Assembly (NCBI GenBank): GCA_010909165.1
Contig: MU008166.1
Coordinates: forward strand, 558,001-622,000
Source: Anthoceros angustus
Taxonomy: Eukaryota > Plantae > Anthocerotophyta
Direction of reading: 5' to 3'
Length of the DNA stretch: 64,000 bases
Below, in pieces: positions 1 to 11,800 of this stretch; the first letter of the stretch is position 1, and every line of letters starts with the position of its first letter. The notes beneath the pieces are model-generated. The model made no database searches. It saw nothing but the letters and a program-made list of their open reading frames with translations, and was not told the DNA's origin. The position numbers were made by a program, and so were the translations under genes.

Positions 1-3000
1 GCAACGGAATGGGGAAAAGGTATATTGCAGTGTGAAGGTAGAGGCAGCCGCCAGCCACGCATGCGCTGGCCACGTGCCGCCACCCGCCGGCGTGTGTCGC
101 GAGCCTCGGGCCGGGCGGGCGGGCGGGTGGCGGGCTCTGCTTCCTGGTTCCCTTGGGTCAAAGGGCTGGGCCGAGCGGGTCAATGGGACCTGCGACGTCA
201 GCGCTTTACAGCTTGCCAAGTACTGGGGCGTGGCGCGGCGTGGCGTGGCGTGGCCAGGAGCGGCAAGCCTTTTCCCGGTCAAGTACGCTGCAGCCGGTAC
301 CAGGCGCATTCCATTATTTTTAAAAGCCACACCCACTTTCGTGGCGCTTCTGTAATTCCGCTCATTCTGCGCGGAGTTATGGACGGCCCAGCTGGCTGCC
401 CAGGGCTTTTCCAACTTTTCATGCTTCCCTTCATCATCGACTCATCATTGGTTTTCGAATGCACTCCACGCTCTCAACCCATTGTTTACTCATTCCACAG
501 CCTGTCCATTAGTTAAATTTTATTTATATATAAATAATTTTAATATGTAAGAACAACATCTTTTTAGTATGACATAGAAACAATCAAGGACATAAGCTCC
601 CTTCACATAGTTGGTGTTTTAATTTTTTAGAGAATGATGAGAGCTTTATAAAAAAATGAATAATACAAATGAGCTTTGCACATGAGTACAAATAGAAGAG
701 TACAAATAGAAGGGTTGTGTGGGTGAAAGAATGTGGACGGCATGAATTGGATTTGTGTGGCCAATACAGGCGTTTTATCGTTAGAGCAGAGAGGCTTAGC
801 AGCAGCGGCATTCTAAGCCGTGGTAGCCTAGGATTCCATGGGGTGCCAAAACTTAAATGTGCCGTCATTTTTAGCAGTGCCCTTAGCTATATGTAGAGGG
901 TCGTGCTACTCTGTACTCAGACTTTGTGCAATGAACGAGGCTGTGCTTCTAGCTCCAGGGTATCAGCCTTGTGTGTCGCTTGCTGAACATGTTGCCTTGC
1001 TGGTGTGTGCTGTGCCGAACACTCTGTTGCTGATCAGTCTTGGGTGACGGCATCCCTCCTACATGATACATTCAGGGTGAGGTAAGAGTGTTGGGAGTTG
1101 GAATGCATTGAGTGCCGGACTTCATACCCTCATAGCAGCACTTTTGGTACCATTATCATACCATACTATAGCAAGGTGAGTCCATTGTGTGAGTCTCAAC
1201 ATTCTGTTAAGAGGAATCGTGAAGTTACAGTGTCACCTGCTGTAGCAAGTGTAGGAGAGAGGGGTAAGGACCTAGCTGCATAGGTGAGTCTCTTACCTTT
1301 GTAGAAGGAAGTAGTTATCAGTGTCACGAAGAGTCCAACCCAAAGACCCTAAGCACAACACAAGGGAGAACCAGTAGCAAGCCACAACCCCACCCAATCA
1401 GCAATCAGCCGAGTTTCCTCAGCCAGAATTGAATGACGCTAAGAGCAGACAAAAACGAGGCACCAACCCTATCCAACTACCGAGCAATGACACACTTGTT
1501 ATGAATGCTTCTGAATATGGCAACCTGCTCAAGTGATATGGACTTTTGCCGAAATTCTTGGAATAGGGGAGCACCAACCTGGACCAACCTGAAACATGAT
1601 CACATTGCTCTAGCCCTAAAGCATCCACGCGATCACGCCCGATACAGGTGGACCAGGAAAGCAAGGGCTGTTAGTCTACGAGCAATACACACACAATGAC
1701 GACAAATGGCACAAAACGTTCGGATGCACAATATTGGATGAGTTAACCTGGTTACCTCAATGAGAGGAAGGGAAGATGAATTTGTGCTTACCCATTGGCA
1801 AAACATTGAAAGAGATCTTCTTAAATATTCATAGGCCTCTTTGAAATATTTCTTCTCATAGAATGTCAACTCCATAGCAACCTCTTTATTGAGATGTCTA
1901 TCTCAGCTAAAAAGATCATCCTCCTTTGTTGCCCAAATAAGATTATCTGAGGCAAGCTTCACATGATCAAGATCCTGAGCTGTCAGGAGGCTGCAAAATG
2001 TTTGCCCTATCACATTGCATTTATAAATGACCATAAACTCCTCAGGCACACATATGCAATCAACCTTTCCTCCAAACCTTACCAAGTTAACACTACCACG
2101 CTACCACTTCGTCATCGCTTGCAGCAATATATACCAACCAAGCCACAGCTACAGGCAGGTTCCTCCCCAATTTCCTACGAGCATTGGTCGTGCATTCAAA
2201 AGTCCCAGCCAATGATATTTCCTTATCGATTATAATTTTGTTGTCGAAATTCCTTAAGCGTGAAAAAAAATAATAGAGTGGCACCACAGTGGGTTTAAGT
2301 TTTTATTTGAAGATGGATAAAACAGATCTTGCATGTATATAAGTCCTTGTTAGTAACATTTAAGAGCGCTACGGACGAAGATTCAAAAAAGATTTCAAAC
2401 AATATGCGTTACTTCAACTTTGAATATGTTTCCCCTAATTCATTAAATCATAAGAATGGTTGGACTGAATGAGAACCGTCTTGTTCGATGACATCAGTTA
2501 TATCCGACAAAAACAAAACCAACGTTTAGTCTCATTACGGTCAATTCAACTAGTGGCACTCTCCCAACAAGATTGTTACCATTTTTTAGAAGAACTAGTC
2601 CTTCAGGTTCGCTGCTATTTATAGCTAAGATCTTGCAATTGATGCTACAAAATCAATCCGTTGGGTTATGATGATCATCTTGCTCGGCCAATGTCCTGTC
2701 GCATGTTTTGCACATGTGATATCATTTCCCATTTGGTTTTCCTTCTTGTCTGTTAGTTCCCAAGAAATATGCTTCGCAACTATTAGATTGACAAGTATAG
2801 GTATGCAAGAGATTAATATTTTTACCAGTAAGTATCTCCGCATTTTCGTCAAAGTTTAAAGATGGCACATATGAACATCTTCGTAGATAAAGGATGTGAT
2901 AACTTGCATGATTTTGTTGTTCTCCTATCGGACAAAGTGGTCCTTCATGATAAGTAACACAATATTTTTGTCAATTCAGATATGTCTTATTGTGTCTAGC

Positions 3001-3855
3001 TCTATCTACTCCATAATATCTGCAAGGCCTTGGCTGCCATCTTTCAAGACTTCCTGGGGGCTTAGGTTTGGTCCCTGTTGTTCACTAATTCTACGATCCA
3101 ACATGTAAGGACAATATCACCTAAAACTACATTCCTTGCATGATCCATTGTAGCACAATATCAGCTTAAACTACATTCCTTAGGAAAAATTATCACCCGA
3201 AACGACATTCCTTGTACGTCTCCCGTTGTGCAAGTCCTTGGATTGAAGTGGATGTATCTTTCTTACCAGAGGTGTTCTATACTAGAGAAACGGGCGCTAT
3301 CATTGAAACGCGCGCGTGTGGCATGGCAGGCCCCGGTAGCTCAGGAAGGCAAATGGGAGGGCGCCGGGTGTGTAGAGATTGAACGCATTATGGGGATACA
3401 TAGATTAGGTCAGGGGTGACGTAGTAGTAGGTGCTGACCAATGGTCACTTTTGTCAGAAACACTTGCCTCAGCCTCTCCAATTTTGTGAAGGCCATAGTC
3501 GATCAGAACATTTGAACTAGGGCTATTTTGAGTTTTTCCTAGTGATTACCGATGGGGATGCTGGCCTCTATGTATTAGCTAGGAAGCCAGGTAGATGCCA
3601 TGCAGTTGTGCAGAATTTGCCTCGAACTAGGCTGAAATTTTCAGCCTCCAAGAGTCGTTCCCTTTGAAGGCTGTATTTTTTTATTGTGCGTGAGTCGGAT
3701 GAAGGCAAAGCACACACCATTGAAAAGCCTGTGAATGCACGAGGCAAGGCTCATTTTCCTAAATTTATTGATCCCAAGATGTGGACGGAAAAATGATAGG
3801 GTCAAGATCGGGAAATAGGCCAGCACCACCCCGGTCATTCTCGGATTAAAAATGG

Positions 3856-3927
3856 CTGGCAGAACCGTCGGCAGGAATGACTTTTCAAAAATGCCTGGCA
3901 GAACTGTCGGCAGGAATGACTTTTCAA
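3856..3927. repeat. Short direct tandem repeat, 39-bp period, 2 copies
   Basis: CTGGCAGAAC(C/T)GTCGGCAGGAATGACTTTTCAA at 3856 and 3895. Confidence 0.85.
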
Positions 3928-4877
3928 GTTTCGAAAGGGTGCGTTCACCAGTTACTATCAGTTCGGACATAGATTCATCAGTCTGCGTTACTTTTATCCT
4001 AAAATTTTCGCACACCTTTTTCAAATGGGGTGATTAATGATCGTACAAAATTGCAGTTGTCTTGATGCATTAGCTACTGACGGCCTAGGTACTAGTTTTT
4101 TCTAGCGGACCACTACCTCGATTTTGTGGACTCAGGCTGACTCCTTGTCCTTTACGGAAATAGGATCTATTGTTTGTCTCTTTTATAAGAGGGCATTGCC
4201 TAGGTCTGCACCTCCTTGCGACCGATTTTCACAAGATCCAAAACACCGTCACTTGGACAAGTGGTACCGACATTCATACTGATGCAAGCGGCTGCCCGGC
4301 TACAACCCTCTCCTGCGGGTGGTGGCCATGCTTTACCTGAAAAAGACCACATATTCACCATGAGGGCACGCATGACACACCATGACCTACAAACAAACAA
4401 GAAAACCACCAGGTTCGCTTTACACTGCTTACCGCGTGCTTGAGTGCGTATACACATCCCATAGATAGCTCACAGTGTGCTTTGGAGCCTACGAAGAGCT
4501 TGACAAGCAGCGCACAACTTTAACCAGCATCTGCAGCATAGGGCCAGAAGTCAGCACGGACAACATGGTATGACCATGGCACAATGGGTACCGACAAATA
4601 TATCTATCACCTTCACAGGTTACGCAGTGACAAGCTCAAGAGTTGGTGTGATACTAGACTTTCACCAGGAGACTGCTTAGTGGTAGCTCAGAATCTTTGG
4701 CTATATATGCATTCCAAGGGTCATCGAAACTGTGGAATCTAATGATAAGCATTGAACTGGCCAGTTCTGACGAGCCAGACATTCCGTTGGCCAGACTCCT
4801 CCAATTCCCGCTCCTGCTACACGCGACAGATGAACCTCTTACCACGCTTCGCAACTTGCAATCTGGCAAATTGTTGA

Positions 4878-7841
4878 TTATATATATTTGAGACAGATCA
4901 GTCCTTGTGTAAAACGTTGTCCATATATAACAGTTCGCTTGTCCACTTTGGATATGTAGGCCGTGTTATTTTGACCATAAACACAAACCCGGAGACATTT
5001 CAGGATGAGTAATAATGAGTGATGATCCACAGGTACAACTGATCCAGCTTCCTGCGTTCCAAAGAACGGGTGTTTAGGCTCTGTGTATGAACCTCCACTA
5101 TCAGTATGCTTCAGATCTTCAACCAAAAAACTATGCACCTGGCCGTCTAGGTCTGTCCACAAGCTTTGGCCTGGCTGCTTCAAGGCCCTGATCCCTTTTC
5201 TCCTCACCTGCATATCCTGTGCCTGCTCCCACATTTGCACACTGGTGTATATGTTCGACATCAACACATACGCTGCTGCATCTGTCTTGTCTAGCTTCAC
5301 TGCTTCATCAAAAGCAAGGAGCCCCATCTCCACGTTCCTCCACTTCTGACAAGCACCCAAGAGAGTGTGCCAAACTGCAGCATCAGGCAATACAGGCATT
5401 GTGTGTACCATTCCTAGTGCCTCCTCCAGTTGGCCTGCACGACCGAGGAGATCCACCATGCATGTGTAGTGCTCCACCGAGGGAGTCACACCAGAGTGTC
5501 CAGTCATAGCTTCAAAGTATCTCTGTCCCTCGTTCACTAGCCCCACATGACTGCATACTGTTAAAACACTCAGAAGCGTGGCACTGGCTGGCTGTATGCC
5601 ATCCTCTCTCATTCTACGAAACAGGTCAAAAACCATCTCACTGTTACCTTCTCGGGTGTAACCTGAGATCAGAGCATTCCATGCGACAACATCTCTTTCG
5701 GGCAATGCATCAAACACCTGCTGTGCATCAACCATGCTCCCCGACTTGGCATACATGTCTACCAAACTGACAGCTACATGAACATCAGTTTGGAGGCCTT
5801 GCTTTTCAATCTGGACATGAAGCTCCCTTCCCAGCTGCAAAGCAGCCACATGCGCACAAGCTTGCAAGAGGCATACGAAAGTGACTGAGTTAGGGGCAGC
5901 AATCCCTTCTTCTTGCATTGCCCTGTACAGACGAAGAGCTTCCTGACCCATGCCCTGCTGGGAATACCCTGCTATCAGAGTGGTCCATGAAACGACATTC
6001 TTTTGGCAAAGCCCGTCAAATACAACTTGTGCCTCTTCCAAGTTCCCACACTTTGCATACATGTTCACCAAACTATTAGCTACAATCACCTCGCACTGAA
6101 ATCCACATTCTCTGATTTGAGCATGAAGTTGCATCCCCATGTCCAAAGCCGGGGTGCCCAAACTTGCACATGCCTGCAGGAGGCACACAAAAGTCACAGA
6201 ATCAGGGGCAATCATGCCCTCTTCTTGCATGGCCCTGTAGAGACCAAGAGCTTCCTGACCCATGCCCTGCTGGGAATACCCTGCTATCATGGCATTCCAT
6301 GTTACTACATTCTTTTGACCGTGACCAAGTCCATCAAACACACGCTGTGCATCCTCTAAGCTGCCACACTTCGCATACATGTTCACCAAACTGTTGGCTA
6401 CGAACACATCGGCCTGGAGCCCTTGCTCTCCAATGTGGGCATGAAGCTGCTTCCCGTTCTCCAGAGCCACGGTGCCCACACTTGCACAGGCCTGCAGAAG
6501 GCAGACAAATGTCACACAGCTGGGTGCATCTATGCCTGTCTCTTGCATAGCACCATAAAGATGAAGGGCTTCGTGACCCTTTCCCTGCTCGGAATATCCT
6601 GCTATCAGAGCAGTCCATGTCACCACATTCTTTTGACCAAGTCCGTTGAACACACTCCGGGCCTCCTCTAGACTGCCACACTTTACATACATGTTCACCA
6701 GGCTACAACCTAGAACAGCATCCATCATAAGACCTCGTTTTCCAATCTGTGCATGAAGCTCTATTCCCTTCTCTAAGGCTGGGGTACCCACGCTTGCACA
6801 CGCCTGCAGCAGACAGACAAATGTCACAGAATCGGCTACAGCCATGCCTTCCTCTTGCATAGCACTGTAGTGATAAAGGGCTTCCTCACCCATGCCCTGC
6901 TGAGAATATCCTGCAATCAGAGCTGTCCAGGTTACCACATCCTTCCGACTCATTCCGTCAAACACTTTTCGAGCCTCATCCAAGCTGCCACACTTTGCAT
7001 ACATGTCCACCAAGCCATTACAGACAAACAAATCACCATCAGCCCCAGCTGCCAACACATCGGCATGCACCTGCTGCCCAGTTTCTAAGTCTGCTCCCCT
7101 TGCACAAGCCTGAAGAGCGGCTACAAACACATGGCCATCCGGATGCGAGCTCGACCCCCGCATCCGGTAGTACAGCTGTATGGCCCGCTTATCTTGCCCG
7201 TGTTTGACATGCGCAGAAATTATGGCAGACCACGTGAAGGCATCTGGTCTGGCAACCAGTTCAAATACATCCATTGCTTCACCCAACCTGGCATGAGCCG
7301 CATACATCCGCAAGACGTGGTTGCACAAGAACGTGTCCCCCTCACACCCCCCTTTCACTATGACAGCATGCACACGGCGACCCAGAACCAGATCCTTCTT
7401 ACCCACACAGCCCTTCGCAACAGTATAAAAGACTGGCTGAGAAATCCGACAGCCAGTCTCCACCAGAATACCCAGAGCCTCAACAGCCTCAGCGAGCTGC
7501 CCCTGGTCACACAGCTGCCTCACAGTCGCGGCCGTTAAGCCCTTCTCGCATCCTCCAGGCGAAGCCAGAATCTGGCCGGACGGTGCTGGCTTCATTGCAA
7601 GGCTCCCGCAAGCCTGCTCGTTGGGCCTCAGCCTCAGGCTCGCGCTCTTCCACCTGTCATCCCACCACCTCTCCGTTGTTAGGTGCACAGAACCTGTTGA
7701 CACAAGAGGCTGCGCCGCCCTCTGTGTAGCAGACCACGCAGCCATGATTAGCAGACGCCCAGCGTGACGACACGACTGACTGCGGTGTACATCCACGGGG
7801 GCTTTCGGAGGCCGAGCTGCTAAGCACAATCTCTTGAACAC
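4878..7841 (-). CDS. PLS-class PPR protein with E/E+ domains, PG-box type, no DYW domain; likely organellar RNA-editing specificity factor
   Basis: Uninterrupted 987-codon ORF. The track start is GTG; the first ATG is at 7745. It has repeated P-L-S triplets (e.g. [16 protein letters not shown]...VTFVCLLQAC...VFVANSLVNMYAKCGSLEDA), an E domain (EHYTCMVDLLGRAGQLEEA...VWHTLLGAC) and KQPGQSLWTDLDGQVHSF (PG box). No HxE/CxxC deaminase motifs follow. Confidence 0.92.
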   Translation of the reverse strand: MFKRLCLAARPPKAPVDVHRSQSCRHAGRLLIMAAWSATQRAAQPLVSTGSVHLTTERWWDDRWKSASLRLRPNEQACGSLAMKPAPSGQILASPGGCEKGLTAATVRQLCDQGQLAEAVEALGILVETGCRISQPVFYTVAKGCVGKKDLVLGRRVHAVIVKGGCEGDTFLCNHVLRMYAAHARLGEAMDVFELVARPDAFTWSAIISAHVKHGQDKRAIQLYYRMRGSSSHPDGHVFVAALQACARGADLETGQQVHADVLAAGADGDLFVCNGLVDMYAKCGSLDEARKVFDGMSRKDVVTWTALIAGYSQQGMGEEALYHYSAMQEEGMAVADSVTFVCLLQACASVGTPALEKGIELHAQIGKRGLMMDAVLGCSLVNMYVKCGSLEEARSVFNGLGQKNVVTWTALIAGYSEQGKGHEALHLYGAMQETGIDAPSCVTFVCLLQACASVGTVALENGKQLHAHIGEQGLQADVFVANSLVNMYAKCGSLEDAQRVFDGLGHGQKNVVTWNAMIAGYSQQGMGQEALGLYRAMQEEGMIAPDSVTFVCLLQACASLGTPALDMGMQLHAQIRECGFQCEVIVANSLVNMYAKCGNLEEAQVVFDGLCQKNVVSWTTLIAGYSQQGMGQEALRLYRAMQEEGIAAPNSVTFVCLLQACAHVAALQLGRELHVQIEKQGLQTDVHVAVSLVDMYAKSGSMVDAQQVFDALPERDVVAWNALISGYTREGNSEMVFDLFRRMREDGIQPASATLLSVLTVCSHVGLVNEGQRYFEAMTGHSGVTPSVEHYTCMVDLLGRAGQLEEALGMVHTMPVLPDAAVWHTLLGACQKWRNVEMGLLAFDEAVKLDKTDAAAYVLMSNIYTSVQMWEQAQDMQVRRKGIRALKQPGQSLWTDLDGQVHSFLVEDLKHTDSGGSYTEPKHPFFGTQEAGSVVPVDHHSLLLILKCLRVCVYGQNNTAYISKVDKRTVIYGQRFTQGLICLKYI

Positions 7842-8809
7842 GCAACGATTTGCATGTGGATTTGCATGTGGAAAGTGTGCGAGCTGCGTTAAAGCGAACT
7901 ATGCGAGCAGGCTTGGAGGACCCAAACCGGCTCGCATGCTTCGCTCCAACGCTGCTTCGAAGACTTCGCGTCGCTCCAGAAGCTATGGCGGCTGGAAGAT
8001 CTCAGGCATGTCAGCGGCTCTCTAGGGTTGGAAGACCATAAAATGGCGTTGCTGAAAGCTGGCTGGTCGGTAGTGTCCTCGCGATGTTTTTGAAGTGGAG
8101 CAAGGAACTGGACCGGAGGACGGCATCCATAATATTATATATTAAATTAATATATTTTAACTGTCAAATGAAATTAATTTATTTGCCCTGGGGGCAAACT
8201 GAGGGGATACTTCCAACTGCGAATAATAGGCTAGCCAAACGAAACTGATGAAGGTTACCAGCAAGAGCTCCAATATTTGAGACGAACCAGAGACAAGGAT
8301 GCTGTGATGTTGCTGGCTGGTGTATGTCCTGCTGGCATGTAGAAGATGTTCCATGCGGAACATTCATGGGAATCAACGGCAGCTTGCTGAGGCTGTGGAG
8401 GCTTTGGGAGTTTTGGTGCACACGGACTGTCACATTCCGCAACTTGTATTTCACATGGTTATGAAAAAATGTATGGCTAAGAAGGATTTGTCTCTGGGTG
8501 GCCGTGCCCATGCTCTCAGGGTGAGAAAGGGGTACGAGTCGGATAGCTGGAAGCTTCATTGAGAAAGATCGTGGCTGTCGGTCGTGGTGAGCACAAACAT
8601 GAGATGCTGCCGTTGCAGGAGCCTGATTGAAGGGAAAGCAGGGCCCCGCAGCCCTGTGGAAGTATGGTGCAGATATTTGTCGTCGTTGGGTGGAGCAGTG
8701 GTTCGACGCAGGGCTGCACCGGTTGCTTCCTTGCCAGGTGTTACATGTACGTTCTTGTTCATACAGGGCTTGACAATGTCGTTCTCGGCTGTGGGGACTG
8801 ACATTTTTC
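7842..8809. promoter_or_regulatory. Putative shared (bidirectional) promoter region between divergent PPR genes
   Basis: ~1 kb between head-to-head ORFs with an AT-rich island at ~8129-8180. Inferred from arrangement only. Confidence 0.3.
8371..8562 (+). pseudogene. Relic of a PPR N-terminal repeat, paralogous to the start of the PPR array in 4878..7841
   Basis: QRQLAEAVEALGVLVHTDCHIPQLVFHMVMKKCMAKKDLSLGGRAHAL aligns with QGQLAEAVEALGILVETGCRISQPVFYTVAKGCVGKKDLVLGRRVHAV of the minus-strand gene. It ends at a stop after about one repeat. Confidence 0.75.
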
Positions 8810-11800
8810 ATGGAATTGACAGTCGACGGACCAGGACACTTGTTGTTGCGCTTCGGGAATGAGCAGAAAGACTACCAGTTTACAGATTCACTGCACAGAG
8901 CCACGCAGGATTTGCCTCGATTCCAGCTCAGAGAGGACCCTGACAATTCTAGGTTCGCAACACCAGTTGTCGCTTGCTTGATTGTATGGCATTTTGTTGC
9001 TGCACAGCTGATTGTAAGTTCATCGAGATGTTCTGCGTTCTTGTATTTACAGACTGGTCGATTTTGCAGAGTGGCAGCGTTGGAGGTCGGAATCTGGAAC
9101 AAACTCTGCGAGGAAGGACTGCTTACTGAAGCCTTGGAAGCCTTGGATCTCCTGGTGCACCGGGGATCGTATGTTCCAACATATTCCCTATACCGTGCCC
9201 TCAGGCGGTGTGTTGCTGAGAAGGATGCAGTTGCTGGCATTGAGTTTCATGGTCTCACGGTTGAGAGTGGGTATGAGTCAAGCACATTCCTGGCCAGCCA
9301 CATCATCCGCATGTATATCTCGCACGGAAGACTGCAGGAAGCAACACATTTCCTGAACACACGGGCTGTAGCAGACACCTCTATCTGGAATTGCATAATC
9401 CTAGCAAATGCTGAACGTGGTAATTCGACACAGGTCGTAGCACTCTACAGACGGATGCAACAGTTAAGTTTAAAGCCAAGCACCTATATACATGTGGCAG
9501 TTTTAAGAGCGTGTGCCTGTGTCGGAGACTTGGTATTTGGAGAGGAGGTCCATGCTGACATTGTTCGGAGCAAAGTTGAGCTGAATGTATTTGTTGGCAG
9601 TAGTTTGATTGACATGTATGCTAAGTGTGGGAGCTTGGAAGATGCTCGCAAAGTATTTGACAGTTTACCTGGGAGGGATGTGGTGACATGGAATGCCATG
9701 ATTGCAGGGTATGCTCAGCATGGCCTTTGTCACCAAGCCCTGGCACTTTATGCAAGTATGGAGCAAGAGGGCATTATTCCAGCTGATCGTATCACATTTG
9801 TGTGCCTGCTGAAAGCATGTGGTAGCACGGGGGCTTTGCAAGAGGGCAAGGAGCTTCACTTGCAGATAAAGGGAAGGGGGCTGGAATCAGATGCCATTAT
9901 TGGTAACAGCTTGGTGGACATGTATGCAAAATGTGGGAACCTAGGGGATGCTCGGAAAGTGTTTGATAGATTGTCCACAAAAGATGTGGTGACATGGAAT
10001 ACCATGCTCAGTGGATATGCCAACCAAGAGCTTGGTAAGGAAGCTCTGACTCTGTATGAAAGTATGCAGTTGGATGGATTTGTTCGAGCTGATCGCATCA
10101 CATTCTTGTGCATCTTGAAAGCATGTGCTAGCACTGGGGCATTATCCATTGGTGAGCTAGTCCACCGCCAGATTGAGGAAAGGGGGTTGGAAACTGATGT
10201 TGTGGTTGGCAGCAGCTTGATAGATATGTATGCAAAATGTGGGAGCTTGCGAAATGCTCGCAGACTGTTTGACAATCTACCAACTAGAAATGTGGTCACC
10301 TGGAATGCCATGCTTACAGGATATGTACAGCACATGCTTTTTGGAGATGTCTTCTCTCTGTATGCAGACATGCAAAAGGAAGGAAGGACTCCAGCGGACC
10401 ATGTTACATTTGTTTGCCTACTGAAGGCATGTGCGAACACAGGGGCATTACAGCAAGGCAAACACTTTCATTTTGAGATTCAGGAAAGCGGGATAGAATC
10501 CAATGTAATCCTTGGCAACAGCCTGGTAGAGATGTATGCTAAATGTGGAAGTCTGAAGGATGCCCGCAGAGTTTTTGACAATTTGCAGACCAAAGATGTG
10601 GTGTCATGGACTACGATGATCACAGGGTATGCTCAGCATGGACTTGGTATGGAAGCCCTTACGCTGTATGCAAGTATGCAACAAGAGGCTCTGTCTCCAG
10701 TTGATTGTGCCACGTTCGCATGTCTGTTGAAAGCATGTGGCGCTCTGAGTGCATTACGTGAAGGTCAGGAGCTTCACCGCCAGATTCAGGAAGCAGGACT
10801 GGAGACTGATGTCCATATCCAGAAGTGCCTTCTAGACATGTATATCAAATGCAGCAGCCAAGAGGATGCTCGCAGTATCCTTGACAAGCTGCAGGCCGAG
10901 GATTCTGTGACAGCAACCTCCATGATCACGGGGTATGCCAAACAGGGCAGCCTTGTGGATGCTCGTTCAGTGTTTGACCGTTTGCAGGCCAAAGATTTGG
11001 TGGCATGGACTGCCATGATTGCAGCGTATGCCCAGCATGGCCTTGGTCAGGAAGCTCTTGCGCTGTATGCAAATATGAAACTGGAGGGCATCACTTCAGC
11101 TGACCCTGTTATGTATGCGTGCCTTTTGAAAGCATGTGCAAGTGTTGGAGCTTTACAGCAGGGAGTGCAGCTTCATTCTGAGATTAAGGACAGGGGACTA
11201 GAAGCCAATGTGGCCATAGGTAGTAGCCTGGTAGACATGTATTTCAAATGTGGTAGGATGGAGGATGCACGGCAACTGTTCGACCGATTGCCATCCAAAG
11301 ATGTTGTGACATGGAATGCTCTGTTGAACGGGTACGCCCAAGGTAATGAGGGTAAGATGGCAGTGAAGTGCTTCCAGGAGATGGAGCGGAATGGGGTGGT
11401 GCCTGATGACACCACGTTTTTGTGTCTCCTTGTTGCATGCAGTCACCAGGGCCTAGTGGAGGAGGGCCAGCAGTACTTCCAGACGATGGCAGAGAAACAT
11501 GGTATTAAACCTTCTGAATATCATCGGAATATCATTGTTGACCTGCTTGGCCGATCAGGCTACCTAGAGAAGGCAGAAAATATGTTGCAAAATATGCCCT
11601 TTGAGAGTGACGCTGTGGGCTGGAGAGCTTTGCTGAGTGCCTGCAAAAGCCATGGTGACTTAGCACGTGGAAAGCGATGCTTTGACCATCTTGTGCGACT
11701 GCAACCCCAAGATGCCGCCCCTTATGTGCTTTTTGCAGATATTTGTGCAAATGCTGGTAGGTGGGGGGATGTAAAGAGAATAGAACACTTGAGAAGGTCT

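Noticed and set aside
1320-1700. Possible solo LTR starting TGTCACG
   Set aside because: No matching CA end with TSD, PBS or second copy in the window.
1750-3110. Degraded protein-like minus-strand frames, faintly resembling a KAP-family NTPase Walker B region near 2900-2960
   Set aside because: Key residues are absent, there are many stops, and the similarity is too weak to support.
4200-4891. Short ORFs downstream of the minus-strand PPR as extra exons or a hidden DYW
   Set aside because: I found no HxE or CxxC motifs in the frames examined; more likely 3' UTR or intergenic.
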